Shown here: positions 54,150-63,345 of the stretch, piece by piece
Layout of the letters: each line of letters begins with the position of its first letter
Numbering within the stretch: the stretch's first letter is position 1
Source: an uncultured delta proteobacterium
GTDB taxonomy: Bacteria; Myxococcota_A; Polyangia; Haliangiales; Haliangiaceae
NCBI GenBank assembly: GCA_963848295.1
Contig: CAWKDB010000010.1
Coordinates: 736,001 to 800,000, forward strand
Direction of reading: 5' to 3'
Length of the DNA stretch: 64,000 bases
The notes under the pieces: model-generated
The model's database searches: none
What the model was told of the DNA's origin: nothing
Seen by the model: the letters and a program-made list of their open reading frames with translations, nothing else
Position numbers and translations under genes: made by a program

Positions 54150-54757
54150 CGAGCCCGAGCCTTCAGATCCAATCCCTGCAACACGCGGTCGAGCACCACC
54201 CGCAGCAGCGGCTCGCGCTTCTCGTGCATGTGCTGAGCGACGAGCTTCGGATGATGAAACGCCATCATCGACTCGTGTAGCACGAGCGCGATCGCGTCCG
54301 GATCCGCATCTCGCAACCGCCGCTTGGCGATGGCCTCTTTGGCGAGATCCACGAGCTGGGCGCGCATCGTCTCCAGATGCCGCCGCACGTACGGCTTGTC
54401 CATGCTCGACGACAGATCGAACGACTTGTAGAGCTCCGGGTCATGCTGGATCTTGGCGAGCTTCGCGCGGTGCAGCGTGAGCATCCATGCCAGGATCTTC
54501 TCCGACGGATCCTTGCCGGGTTTCCGGCAAACGGCGGCGAGGCTCTCGTCGATCTGGAGTAGCCACCGTTCCGAGACCGCATCGAACAGCGCCGACTTGT
54601 CCGTGAAATGCGAGTACAGCGCTGCGTGACTCACGCCGAGCTTTTTCGCGACGTCGGTCAGCCGGACCTTATCGAAGCCGACCTGGCGCATCTTCACCAT
54701 CGTCGCTTCGACGGCCTTGTTCTTGATCTCGAGGGCGCTGAGTCCCGTTCTCGGCAT
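54146..54757 (-). CDS. TetR family transcriptional regulator
   Basis: GFDKVRLTDVAKKLGVSHAALYSHF. Confidence 0.93.
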   Translation of the reverse strand: MPRTGLSALEIKNKAVEATMVKMRQVGFDKVRLTDVAKKLGVSHAALYSHFTDKSALFDAVSERWLLQIDESLAAVCRKPGKDPSEKILAWMLTLHRAKLAKIQHDPELYKSFDLSSSMDKPYVRRHLETMRAQLVDLAKEAIAKRRLRDADPDAIALVLHESMMAFHHPKLVAQHMHEKREPLLRVVLDRVLQGLDLKARAR

Positions 54758-54805
54758 TTTGGCTCGCCCTCGCGAGTGTAGAAGCGAATCCGCCGCGGTT
54801 CAACC

Positions 54806-54835
54806 TAAGTTACATCATTGACTCTTTGTAACTTA
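54806..54835. promoter_or_regulatory. Putative TetR operator
   Basis: Perfect IR TAAGTTACA-12 nt-TGTAACTTA containing TTGACT, between divergent tetR and AKR genes. Confidence 0.65.
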
Positions 54836-54866
54836 CAACGTATCAACTTTGAAAGTTAGGAGTCAC

Positions 54867-55754
54867 ATGACGAACGAACCGCAGCCCTTCACGCTCCCAG
54901 GCACCTCGATGCAGCTGAATCGCATGGGCTACGGTGCGATGCAGCTCGCCGGTCCTCACGTCTTCGGGCCGCCGAAAGACGAAGCCGCCGCCATTGCCGT
55001 TCTTCGCGCCGCCGTCGAGCTCGGCGTGAACCATATCGACACCAGCGATTTCTACGGCCCGTTCGTCACCAACCAGATCATCAAGAAAGCGCTACATCCC
55101 TACCCGCGCGGGCTCACGCTCGTCACCAAGGTCGGCGCAAGGCGCGGCTCGGACGGGTCGTGGAATCCGGCGATCGGCAAGCAGGACCTGATCGATGCGG
55201 TTCATTCGAATCTCCGCCATCTCGGTCTCGACGCGATCGACGTCGTTAACTTGCGCATCGGCCCTCCAATCATTCCGGAAGGCGGCTCGCTCGCCGAGCC
55301 TTTCTCGGTCTTGGCCGAGCTCAAGCGCGAGGGGTTGATTCGCCACCTCGGCGTCAGCACCGTGACCGCAGCGCAGGTCGCCGAAGCCCAGAACATCGCA
55401 CCGGTTGTCTGCGTGCAGAACCTCTACAACGTCGCCAATCGCAAGGACGACGCCTTGGTCCGGGATCTCGCGGCCCAAGGCATCGGTTATGTTCCGTACT
55501 TCCCGCTCGGCGGTTTCACGCCGCTGCAATCATCGACGCTCGACACCATCGCCGCGTCGATCGGCAAGAGCCCGATGCAAGTTGCACTGGCCTGGTTGCT
55601 TCAACGGTCGCCCAACATGCTCCTCATCCCCGGTACGTCGTCGCTGAAACATCTGCGCGAGAACCTCGACGCGACCGACGTGAAGCTGACGCCCGAGATG
55701 GTGGTCCAGCTCGACGCGATCGGGCGGGCGCCGATTCGGGCGACGGCCCCGTAG
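54867..55754 (+). CDS. Aldo/keto reductase (YdbC-like)
   Basis: RMGYGAMQLAG, HIDTSDFYG, VQNLYN, YFPLGG, IPGTSS; AGGAG SD. Confidence 0.93.
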   Translation: MTNEPQPFTLPGTSMQLNRMGYGAMQLAGPHVFGPPKDEAAAIAVLRAAVELGVNHIDTSDFYGPFVTNQIIKKALHPYPRGLTLVTKVGARRGSDGSWNPAIGKQDLIDAVHSNLRHLGLDAIDVVNLRIGPPIIPEGGSLAEPFSVLAELKREGLIRHLGVSTVTAAQVAEAQNIAPVVCVQNLYNVANRKDDALVRDLAAQGIGYVPYFPLGGFTPLQSSTLDTIAASIGKSPMQVALAWLLQRSPNMLLIPGTSSLKHLRENLDATDVKLTPEMVVQLDAIGRAPIRATAP

Positions 55755-55787
55755 CGACCCGGTCGAACCCGGTCGTAGGATGGCGAG

Positions 55788-58139
55788 ATGTCGCCCCGCA
55801 TCTTGACCGCACTCACAGCGCTCGTCGCCACCACCGCGATCACCCAGGCCTCGCCGGACCGGCTCGTCCATGTTCAGGTCTCGTTCAAGCGCACGATCGT
55901 AGAGCACGACAAGACGTCGTTTGCCCACGCGTGCGGCGGCACGGCCGAGACCCAGCTCGAGCTGATCGAGAGCGGTACGTTCGGCTCCCATCAGTACCCG
56001 ATGTCCGACGACACCGACCAGATCATCGTGCAATGGCCGCTCGACCAACTGCCGCCCGGCGCCAAGCCGCTGACCGGCAAGGCGAGCTACGACTTCACAA
56101 CCTCGGGCAAGTCGCACGACTGCAAAGACAGCGGCAAGTTCTCCGGGACCGCGCACGCCGACGCCAACCTCGCGGACATGTACTTCCAGCTCGCGTTCTC
56201 GCAGAACACCAGCCAAGGCACGCTCGCGTTGACGCCGGGGTTCGGCGAGGGCACAGCGACCGGTTCGGGGACCGAAGTGTCTTCGAACCAGACAGTGACG
56301 ATGAGCTACGCGCCGATCGCCAAGTCGGGCGCGCGGCTGCTCGTGTCGGGACTCGGCAACGTGAACCTCAACACCGCGGCGCAATGGACGTCGTACGGCG
56401 CGGCCGGCGCTCAGCTGCGGAAGGGGGCCGAGCAAGCGGCTCAAGACGGCGACCTCACCGTCGCGAAAACCGGTAGCGGGTTCAACATCTCGTATCACGC
56501 GTCGCACTCGTTCCCGGACCCGCAGTCCACGTCGGGCGGGGGAGACAAACACGAGAGCACGCGGACGGTCACGACCGACATCACGGTCTCGATCGGCGGC
56601 CCGCCCCTCGACATCGACGCGATCCTCGAGCCGCTGCCCGGTCCGATCCCGGGCCTGGCGATCGCGAGCTACGACAAGTTCGTTCCGATCGGGCCGAAGC
56701 CGGGGCCCGACGAGAAGCTCGACGCGGTCGCGTTCCGCGTCTACCTCGTGAAGAAGACCAAGCCAAGCGAGCGCGTCGGCGACGTGCCGTTTCAGGTGAC
56801 GTATCTGCTCGACAGCTCGCACGAACGCGGCGATTCGATCAACAGCCCGATCGACGGCAAGGCCGACAACGATCTCGCGTGGCACCCGATGGTCGCGAAG
56901 ATCGGCAACGTCGCGAGCCAAACCGACACGACGTTAGCATCGACGCCGGATCACGGCGGCGACGTGATGGCGATCGTGCAAAGTCATGATTTCGGCGCAT
57001 ATGGTGCGCTGCACGCGAAGGTCCACCTCAAGACCGGCGAGGACATCGAAGCGCATCTCGCCGGCAAGACCGCGACCGACGTCAAGATCCCGAAGGACGA
57101 CGACGGCAATCACATCGCCGACGCATGGGATCAGAGGCTCAGCGACAAGGGCGCGACGAGCGACAAGGAGCATGTCGACGGCAACCACTTCGACGGCGAC
57201 GGGCTAACGCTATACGAGGAGTACCGAGGGGCGCTGTGCAACGGCAAGCACATCCGGCTCGACCCGAAGAAGAAGGATCTGTTCATCATCAACAAGGTCA
57301 CCGGCAAGAACGCGGCGAACGTCGAGGCCGGGGCCAAGCGACTCGAGACCGCGGCCGCCGGCTCGGTCGCGGTCCACGTGTGTAAGCCCGGCGAGCTGTC
57401 CGAGCAGACCAAGATCGTCAACGCGAACTCGGGGTTCGCCAAAGGCGGCGACCAGCACGCGATCCTCATCCACGAGGGAACCGTCGGCAAGGGCGCGGTC
57501 GCGGAGACCAACCCCGACGGTCCGAGCCAGAGCGATGGCAGCTCTGCCGCCCGCGAGGCGTTGCACGAGAATTTTGCGATCTCGCCCGGTCACGTGATCG
57601 ATCTCGTCATCGATCCGAAGGCGGTGTTTAACGACGCGAACTACGCATATGCAGTGGCGCACGAGCTCGGCCACGGCGTCGGCATCCATCACCACGGCGC
57701 GCACCTGTCGGAGTCGACAGATATCTATGTGCCGCGGATCAAGTCGGCGACTGCCTACCTCGTCGATGTCAACGGCAAGCCCATCGCGCTGCCGCCGATC
57801 TCGCCCGACGATCTGGTCGCGCGCGACGGCTCGATGGCGTCGGGCGATCTGTCGTGCATCATGGCCTACAACAACAACTACGCGTACGCGTACACCGGCC
57901 ACCATCTCCCGGAATTCCCGCTGCTCGTCGCCGAGCTCAAGGCGAAGAATGCATATCCGTCGGATCCGCAGGGAAAGCTGGTCGTGGTCCACATCGGCGA
58001 TCGGCCCGACGGCACGACGCTGTGCCGGTCGAAAGCGGGCACCGACATCAACGCGGCGAAACCGGGCGTGCGCCCTTCGGTGTTCGGCGACGCGACGACC
58101 GATGGCTGCTGGGGCCAGCTCCACGTCAAAGATTGGTAG
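55788..58139 (+). CDS. Large secreted metzincin-like zinc metalloprotease
   Basis: Signal peptide; DDDGNHIADAWD, DGDGLTLYEEY; HELGHGVGIHH; SCIM Met-turn. Confidence 0.72.
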   Translation: MSPRILTALTALVATTAITQASPDRLVHVQVSFKRTIVEHDKTSFAHACGGTAETQLELIESGTFGSHQYPMSDDTDQIIVQWPLDQLPPGAKPLTGKASYDFTTSGKSHDCKDSGKFSGTAHADANLADMYFQLAFSQNTSQGTLALTPGFGEGTATGSGTEVSSNQTVTMSYAPIAKSGARLLVSGLGNVNLNTAAQWTSYGAAGAQLRKGAEQAAQDGDLTVAKTGSGFNISYHASHSFPDPQSTSGGGDKHESTRTVTTDITVSIGGPPLDIDAILEPLPGPIPGLAIASYDKFVPIGPKPGPDEKLDAVAFRVYLVKKTKPSERVGDVPFQVTYLLDSSHERGDSINSPIDGKADNDLAWHPMVAKIGNVASQTDTTLASTPDHGGDVMAIVQSHDFGAYGALHAKVHLKTGEDIEAHLAGKTATDVKIPKDDDGNHIADAWDQRLSDKGATSDKEHVDGNHFDGDGLTLYEEYRGALCNGKHIRLDPKKKDLFIINKVTGKNAANVEAGAKRLETAAAGSVAVHVCKPGELSEQTKIVNANSGFAKGGDQHAILIHEGTVGKGAVAETNPDGPSQSDGSSAAREALHENFAISPGHVIDLVIDPKAVFNDANYAYAVAHELGHGVGIHHHGAHLSESTDIYVPRIKSATAYLVDVNGKPIALPPISPDDLVARDGSMASGDLSCIMAYNNNYAYAYTGHHLPEFPLLVAELKAKNAYPSDPQGKLVVVHIGDRPDGTTLCRSKAGTDINAAKPGVRPSVFGDATTDGCWGQLHVKDW

Positions 58140-58661
58140 TCAGGTCAGCTCGACGAGCAGCTCGCCCGATACCGCCGCTTGTCCCGCCTGCTTGTGCACC
58201 GCGGCGACCGTGCCGCCGCGCTCCGCGATCAGCTCGTTCTCCATCTTCATCGCCTCGAGCACGAGCACCGCGGCGCCGGCCGCGACGCTATCGCCGACCG
58301 CGACGAGCAGCTTGACGACCTTGCCGGCGATGGGGGCGCGGATCGCCTCGCCGCGAGCCTTCGGAGCCCGTGCGCCGGCGGCCTGGGCGAGCCGGCGCTG
58401 CATCGCATCCTCGACCGTCAACATCGCCTCGCTCGCGCCGACCGACGCGCCGATCGCGCCGGGCTGGCGATCGCGGTCGAGGTCGACCAGGAACTGCCGG
58501 CCGTCGATGACGAGCGACCAGGTCCCCGGCCGGAGCTCGCGGGCGTCGACCTCGCGCGCCTGACCGTCGATCGACACCCGCAGGGTTCCGGGCTCGCCCG
58601 GCTCGATCACGACGGTGCGATCGGTGCCATCGGCGGTGACGATCAGCTCGCGCTTGCTCAT
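58140..58661 (-). CDS. Biotin carboxyl carrier (biotinyl-domain) protein
   Basis: IRAPIAGKVV, LEAMKMENEL. Confidence 0.9.
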   Translation of the reverse strand: MSKRELIVTADGTDRTVVIEPGEPGTLRVSIDGQAREVDARELRPGTWSLVIDGRQFLVDLDRDRQPGAIGASVGASEAMLTVEDAMQRRLAQAAGARAPKARGEAIRAPIAGKVVKLLVAVGDSVAAGAAVLVLEAMKMENELIAERGGTVAAVHKQAGQAAVSGELLVELT

Positions 58662-58693
58662 TGCTTGCCGCAACGGGTTATACACTACGTCCC

Positions 58694-59851
58694 GTGCCCG
58701 CTCCGCGTCTGGTCGATGTCCTGCTGGAGCGGAAGATCATCGTGTGCGTGGGCTCCGGCGGCGTCGGAAAGACCACGACCGCAGCTGCTCTCGCGCTCGC
58801 CGCAGCGCGCCGCGGCAAGCGCACGCTGGTCTTGACGATCGATCCGGCCAAGCGGCTCGCGAACTCGCTCGGCCTGGCCGAGCTCGGCCACCGCGTGCAG
58901 GAAGTCGATCGCGCGCTCGTGCGCCAAGGCGCTCCGAGCGCCAAGGGCGAGCTCCACGCGATGATGCTCGACCAGAAACAGGCGTTCGACGAGGTCGTCC
59001 AGCGCCACGCGAAGGACCCGGCGGCGGTCAAGCGCATCCTCGCGAACCCGGTGTACTCGCAGATCTCGAGCTCGCTCGCCGGCGCACAGGAGTACGCGGC
59101 GATGGCGAAGCTCCACGACTTCGATCGCGAAGGCGGCTGGGACACGATCGTCGTCGACACGCCGCCGACCGCGAACGCGCTCGATTTTCTCGATGCGCCG
59201 CGCAAGTTGAGCGAGGCGATCGACTCGCCCGCGATCGAGTGGTTTCGCAAGCTGCAAGGCGGCTCTGGCTCGGGCTGGTCGCTGGTCGGCAAGACCGGCT
59301 CGTTCATCCTGAAGCGGCTCGCGAAGTTCGTCGGCACGAAGTTCCTCGACGACATCAGCGTGTTCTTCACCGAGTTCAACGACATCCTCGGCGGGTTTCG
59401 TACGCGCGCCGAGGAGACGTTCGCGCTGCTGCGCCAGCCGCGCGTCGGGTTCTTGCTGGTCGCGAGCCCCGAGCCGATGGCGGTGCGCGAGGCGCGGTTC
59501 TTCCACGAGCGGCTGATCGCCGCGGCGATGCCATTCGTGGGCTTCGTCGTCAACAAGGTGCATCCGTCGCGTCCGGTCAACGCGGACGTTCGCGCGATCG
59601 CGGCGGCCCTCGCCGGCAATGCGGCCATCGCCGCGCTCGGCGTCTCCGGCACGACGCGCACGATGGCGGCGCAGGCGCTCGGCGACGCGCATCGCGAGCT
59701 CGAGCTCCTCGCGGCGGCTGATCGCGCCGCGGTCGGCGAGCTGCGCAAAGCCGGCGGCGATCGCTCGTTGCTCGTGGAAGTACCGCTGCTCCCCGACGAC
59801 GTGCACGACGTCGATCGCCTGGTCGGGCTCGAGCGCTACTTGTTCGCGTGA
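58694..59851 (+). CDS. ArsA/Get3-like ATPase, subunit 2
   Basis: CVGSGGVGKTT, TIDPAKRLANSLG, QEYAAM, VDTPPT..ALDFLDAP. Confidence 0.9.
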   Translation: MPAPRLVDVLLERKIIVCVGSGGVGKTTTAAALALAAARRGKRTLVLTIDPAKRLANSLGLAELGHRVQEVDRALVRQGAPSAKGELHAMMLDQKQAFDEVVQRHAKDPAAVKRILANPVYSQISSSLAGAQEYAAMAKLHDFDREGGWDTIVVDTPPTANALDFLDAPRKLSEAIDSPAIEWFRKLQGGSGSGWSLVGKTGSFILKRLAKFVGTKFLDDISVFFTEFNDILGGFRTRAEETFALLRQPRVGFLLVASPEPMAVREARFFHERLIAAAMPFVGFVVNKVHPSRPVNADVRAIAAALAGNAAIAALGVSGTTRTMAAQALGDAHRELELLAAADRAAVGELRKAGGDRSLLVEVPLLPDDVHDVDRLVGLERYLFA

Positions 59852-59905
59852 GCTGCACGCCCATCGCGTGGCGATGTCGATCGCGTAACGGCGAGTTGAG
59901 ATCCT

Positions 59906-61540
59906 CTACTGCGGCTCGACGCTTCCCGACGTGCACGCAGTGGTCGGCCGCGGCATGCCGCGCTGATCGCTGCCCGGGCAGCTGACGCCGGCGCCGATCG
60001 CGGGGCTGCCCGCCGCAGGCAAGAACGTCTGCGACGCGCCGCCGTTGTCGCCGAGCATGCCCAGGGTCGGGTCGGCGAAGGTCGTGGTCGGCGTGCACTT
60101 CGCGTCGGGGCCGCCGCCGACCGCATGGGTCGACGGCCACTGCAGATCGCCATCGCCGGTGCCATCGACCTGGCACTGCATCGGCGCACCCGGGTTCTGC
60201 GCCGTGTTGTACGCGAACAGATCGCTGGTCAGCGTCAGCGTCGGGTTGCCACCGATCGCGGCGCCGAAGTACGGATCGCCGCCGTCGGCCTGGTTGCCGC
60301 CGAACGTCGTGAACGCGATCGAGCCACCGCCGCCGAACAGTGACAGCGCGCCGCCGAGCCCGGCCATCGCGTTGTTGTTCGCGAACGTATCGTTGAGGAG
60401 GGCCAGCTGGGTGCCGTCGGCTTGTAACGCGCCGCTGCCATGGAGCGCGACGTTGTTCGAGAACGTCGTCGCGGTGATCGGCAGCATGCTGTTGTGGAAG
60501 TACACCGCCGCGGCGCTATCGCCATGGTTGTTGTCGAACGTGCAGCGATCGATCACCGTGGTCTGCATCGCGTCGTCGGGCGTGCGGGCGAGCGCGCCGC
60601 CGAGCGCGCCCGTGCCGCTCGTGTTGTTCGTGAACTTGACGCCGCAGAACGTGTGGGTGCCGTCGGAGCCGCCGTCGATGCCGACCGCGCCCGCGTTACC
60701 ACCCGAGCCGACCTGGTGCTGGCCGTTCGTCGCGACGACCGAGCACATCGACGAGTCATCGCTGTTCGCGCCGTTGCCTTCGGCGGTGTTGCTGTCGAAC
60801 ACCGAGTCGTAGACGTCGAGCTCGGAGTTGAGGCTGATGATCGCGCCGCCGTTCGACGCGCGATTCGATTGGAACACGCTGTTCGCGACGACCGCGTGGA
60901 GCGAGCCGAGCACCGCGATCGCTCCGCCGCCGACGTCGGGACCGAGCGACTCGGCCTGGTTGCTCAAGAACTGCGAGTCGATCACGACGAGCTCGCCATC
61001 GGACACGTAGAGCGCGCCCGCGTAGCCGTCGTAGTAGCCCTGCGAGCACGGCGCCGGCGCCGGCGCGTAGGTCTTCGTGCCGTGTGCATGACCGTGCGCG
61101 AGGATCAGGTGCTGGAGCGTGAGCGTCACGGTGTTGACGCGATAGTCCTGGTGATCGAACGACATGATCTGCACGGCGTCGCCACCGTCGATCGTGATGA
61201 GGTTGCCGCCGTCGATCGTGGTCGGCACGTCGGTCCGCAACTGCAGCGTGCTGGTCACGGTGATCGAGACCGGGCTCGTGCCGCACGAGAACGTGATGAT
61301 GCCGCCGGCGGCGATCGCGGTGTCGAGGGCGGTCTCGGTGCACGAGTCTGCGGTGCCGCTGCCGACGACCTGATCCGGGGTCGACGTGTCGACCGGGCTG
61401 ACCGGCGACCCGCACGTCGTCCCCGGCGGGGTCACAGGCGCGGCATCGACGTTCGAGCCACCATCCCCGCCCTCGTGATGGCCGCCGCTGCACGCGGCCG
61501 CGATCGATGTAAGTGCGAGCACCACAAATCGCGAGCGCAT
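59906..61540 (-). CDS. Lipoprotein with right-handed beta-helix (pectin lyase/Pmp-like) repeats
   Basis: Lipobox AAAC; repeated FxxNxA..GGA; C-terminal DNGG ... SPAIG ... DQRG..R. Confidence 0.8.
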   Translation of the reverse strand: MRSRFVVLALTSIAAACSGGHHEGGDGGSNVDAAPVTPPGTTCGSPVSPVDTSTPDQVVGSGTADSCTETALDTAIAAGGIITFSCGTSPVSITVTSTLQLRTDVPTTIDGGNLITIDGGDAVQIMSFDHQDYRVNTVTLTLQHLILAHGHAHGTKTYAPAPAPCSQGYYDGYAGALYVSDGELVVIDSQFLSNQAESLGPDVGGGAIAVLGSLHAVVANSVFQSNRASNGGAIISLNSELDVYDSVFDSNTAEGNGANSDDSSMCSVVATNGQHQVGSGGNAGAVGIDGGSDGTHTFCGVKFTNNTSGTGALGGALARTPDDAMQTTVIDRCTFDNNHGDSAAAVYFHNSMLPITATTFSNNVALHGSGALQADGTQLALLNDTFANNNAMAGLGGALSLFGGGGSIAFTTFGGNQADGGDPYFGAAIGGNPTLTLTSDLFAYNTAQNPGAPMQCQVDGTGDGDLQWPSTHAVGGGPDAKCTPTTTFADPTLGMLGDNGGASQTFLPAAGSPAIGAGVSCPGSDQRGMPRPTTACTSGSVEPQ

Positions 61541-61587
61541 GCTTCCACGATACGCCGATGGGTTGTGGTTAGCATAGCCCGCCGTCC

Positions 61588-62874
61588 ATGGCCGACCCCA
61601 CCGAGCGGATCACGCTGCGTTACGTGCCTCAGTTCGTCTGCCTCGCCGGCGAATGCAAGGAGAACTGCTGCTCGGGTCTGCGCGTCGAGCTCAGCGCGAG
61701 CAACCACGACCACCTCGTCGCACGCGCGGCCGGAACATCGCTACAAGAAGACGTCGAGCGGTTGATCAAGCTCGAGCCGCCGAAGACGCGCACCGCGCGG
61801 TTGCACTCGTATGTCGATGCCGATGGCAACGCGTGCCCGTTCCTCGATGTCGACTGGCTGTGCAAGATCCATCGCGAGCTCGGCGAGGGAGCGCTCGCCG
61901 ATCCGTGCTCGCTATTTCCGCGCGTGCTGACCGAAATCCGCGGCCGGCTCGAGCTGTCGGCGACGCTCGCGTGCCCGGAGACAGCGCGGCTGTGCTTGAC
62001 AGGCGATCGCGCCGTCGACCTCGTGCCGCTGCCGGTCGGTGCGATCGCGCGCGAGATCGTCGTGCGCCGGTTCGAGGCCGCCAGCGCCGACCCGTACATC
62101 GCCTTGCTCGACGAGATCCGCCAGGTCTGCCTCGCGATCATGAACCTCGACGGCATCGCACCCCCGGTGCGCTTGCTCGTGCTCGTGGACTTCGCGGAGC
62201 GCATCGAGCCGTTCTTTCACGCGGGAACGACGACCTTCACGCGCGACGCGTTGAGCACGGCGATCGATCACATTCCCGAGCGAATCGCCGAGCTCGCCGT
62301 GCTCCATGCGCGGACGCCCGTCGCAGAGCTCCGCGCGGTGCGCGCGTTGAAGGAGATCATCGTCGCGCGCCTGCCCGGCTGCGACAACGCGCGGTTCAAC
62401 GCGCTGGTTCGGCCGCTGGTGCTGCGCGATCGCGACGCGACCAAGGCGGAGCTCGCCGACTATTTTCAGAGCGACAAGACCGCGACGGTCGACGACACGA
62501 CGCTGCGCGAGCGCGCCGCGCTGGCGCGCGACCGGATGTCGGCACAGGCCGTGGCCCGGCATGACGAGCACCTGCGCCGCTACGTGATCAACGCGATCGT
62601 CAAAGACTGGTACACGCGCTACCCGACGCTCGCCTCGTCGCTGCGGCAGCTCGCGGTCCGGCTCGCGCTCGGCCGGTGGGCGACGCTCTCGCACCCCAGC
62701 CTGCGCGCCGGCGCGATCGACGTGTCCGCGATCGACGCCGCCGCGATCGACGCGTTTCAGATCATCGCGAAGAACATCGAGCACAACCCCGGGTTCATGG
62801 AGCTGAGCGAGCGCTACCTACACGAGGCCGGGCTCGCGAACCTCGCTGGCCTCGCCCTGCTGCTCGCCATCTAG
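61588..62874 (+). CDS. FliB-like lysine N-methylase (YkgJ-type Cys cluster)
   Basis: YVPQFVCLAGECKENCC, CPFL..DWLCKIH, CSLFPR, LACPETARL. Confidence 0.78.
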   Translation: MADPTERITLRYVPQFVCLAGECKENCCSGLRVELSASNHDHLVARAAGTSLQEDVERLIKLEPPKTRTARLHSYVDADGNACPFLDVDWLCKIHRELGEGALADPCSLFPRVLTEIRGRLELSATLACPETARLCLTGDRAVDLVPLPVGAIAREIVVRRFEAASADPYIALLDEIRQVCLAIMNLDGIAPPVRLLVLVDFAERIEPFFHAGTTTFTRDALSTAIDHIPERIAELAVLHARTPVAELRAVRALKEIIVARLPGCDNARFNALVRPLVLRDRDATKAELADYFQSDKTATVDDTTLRERAALARDRMSAQAVARHDEHLRRYVINAIVKDWYTRYPTLASSLRQLAVRLALGRWATLSHPSLRAGAIDVSAIDAAAIDAFQIIAKNIEHNPGFMELSERYLHEAGLANLAGLALLLAI

Positions 62875-63070
62875 GTTCCATTCGCGCGGGATCGGCGCGC
62901 GGGCCAACGTTTTAAGCCGCCACATTTCAACGAGTTGACGAAACAGGCAGAAGAACCGTTGGACATCCGCTCGGTTCGCGGCCATCTTCCGCGCCTGATC
63001 GAGCAAACGGAGTGGGCCGACTTCTTTGGCCCCATTGCAAAGATCGCTTTGTTACTCAGGAGTGCGAACG

Positions 63071-63268
63071 ATGGCTGAAGGTACGATCAAGCGTCTCACC
63101 GATAAGGGTTTTGGATTCATCGAGAACGGTACGGGAACGGACCTGTTCTTCCACATGTCGGCCGTCGAAGGCGTCCGGTTTGAGGAGCTTCGTGAGGGAC
63201 AGAAGGTGTCCTACAACGAGGGTCGTGGACCGAAGGGTGCTCGCGCCGAGAACGTTCGCGCGCTCTAA
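63071..63268 (+). CDS. Cold-shock protein
   Basis: KGFGFI (RNP1), LFFHMS (RNP2), GPKG.RAENV; AGGAG SD; long AT-richer leader. Confidence 0.96.
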   Translation: MAEGTIKRLTDKGFGFIENGTGTDLFFHMSAVEGVRFEELREGQKVSYNEGRGPKGARAENVRAL

Positions 63269-63288
63269 GCTGATCCCTTAACAAGAGA

Positions 63289-63321
63289 GAGAGCCGGCAT
63301 CGTGCCGGCTCTTTTTCGTTT
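63289..63321 (+). terminator. Rho-independent terminator after the csp gene
   Basis: gagagccggca-tcg-tgccggctct followed by ttttcgttt. Confidence 0.88.
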
Positions 63322-63345
63322 CGGCGCTTGACGTAAACTAGCGAC

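Noticed and set aside
55756..55775. Short repeat cgacccggtcgaacccggtcg between the AKR and metalloprotease genes
   Set aside because: Too short and GC-rich to distinguish from chance or a simple hairpin
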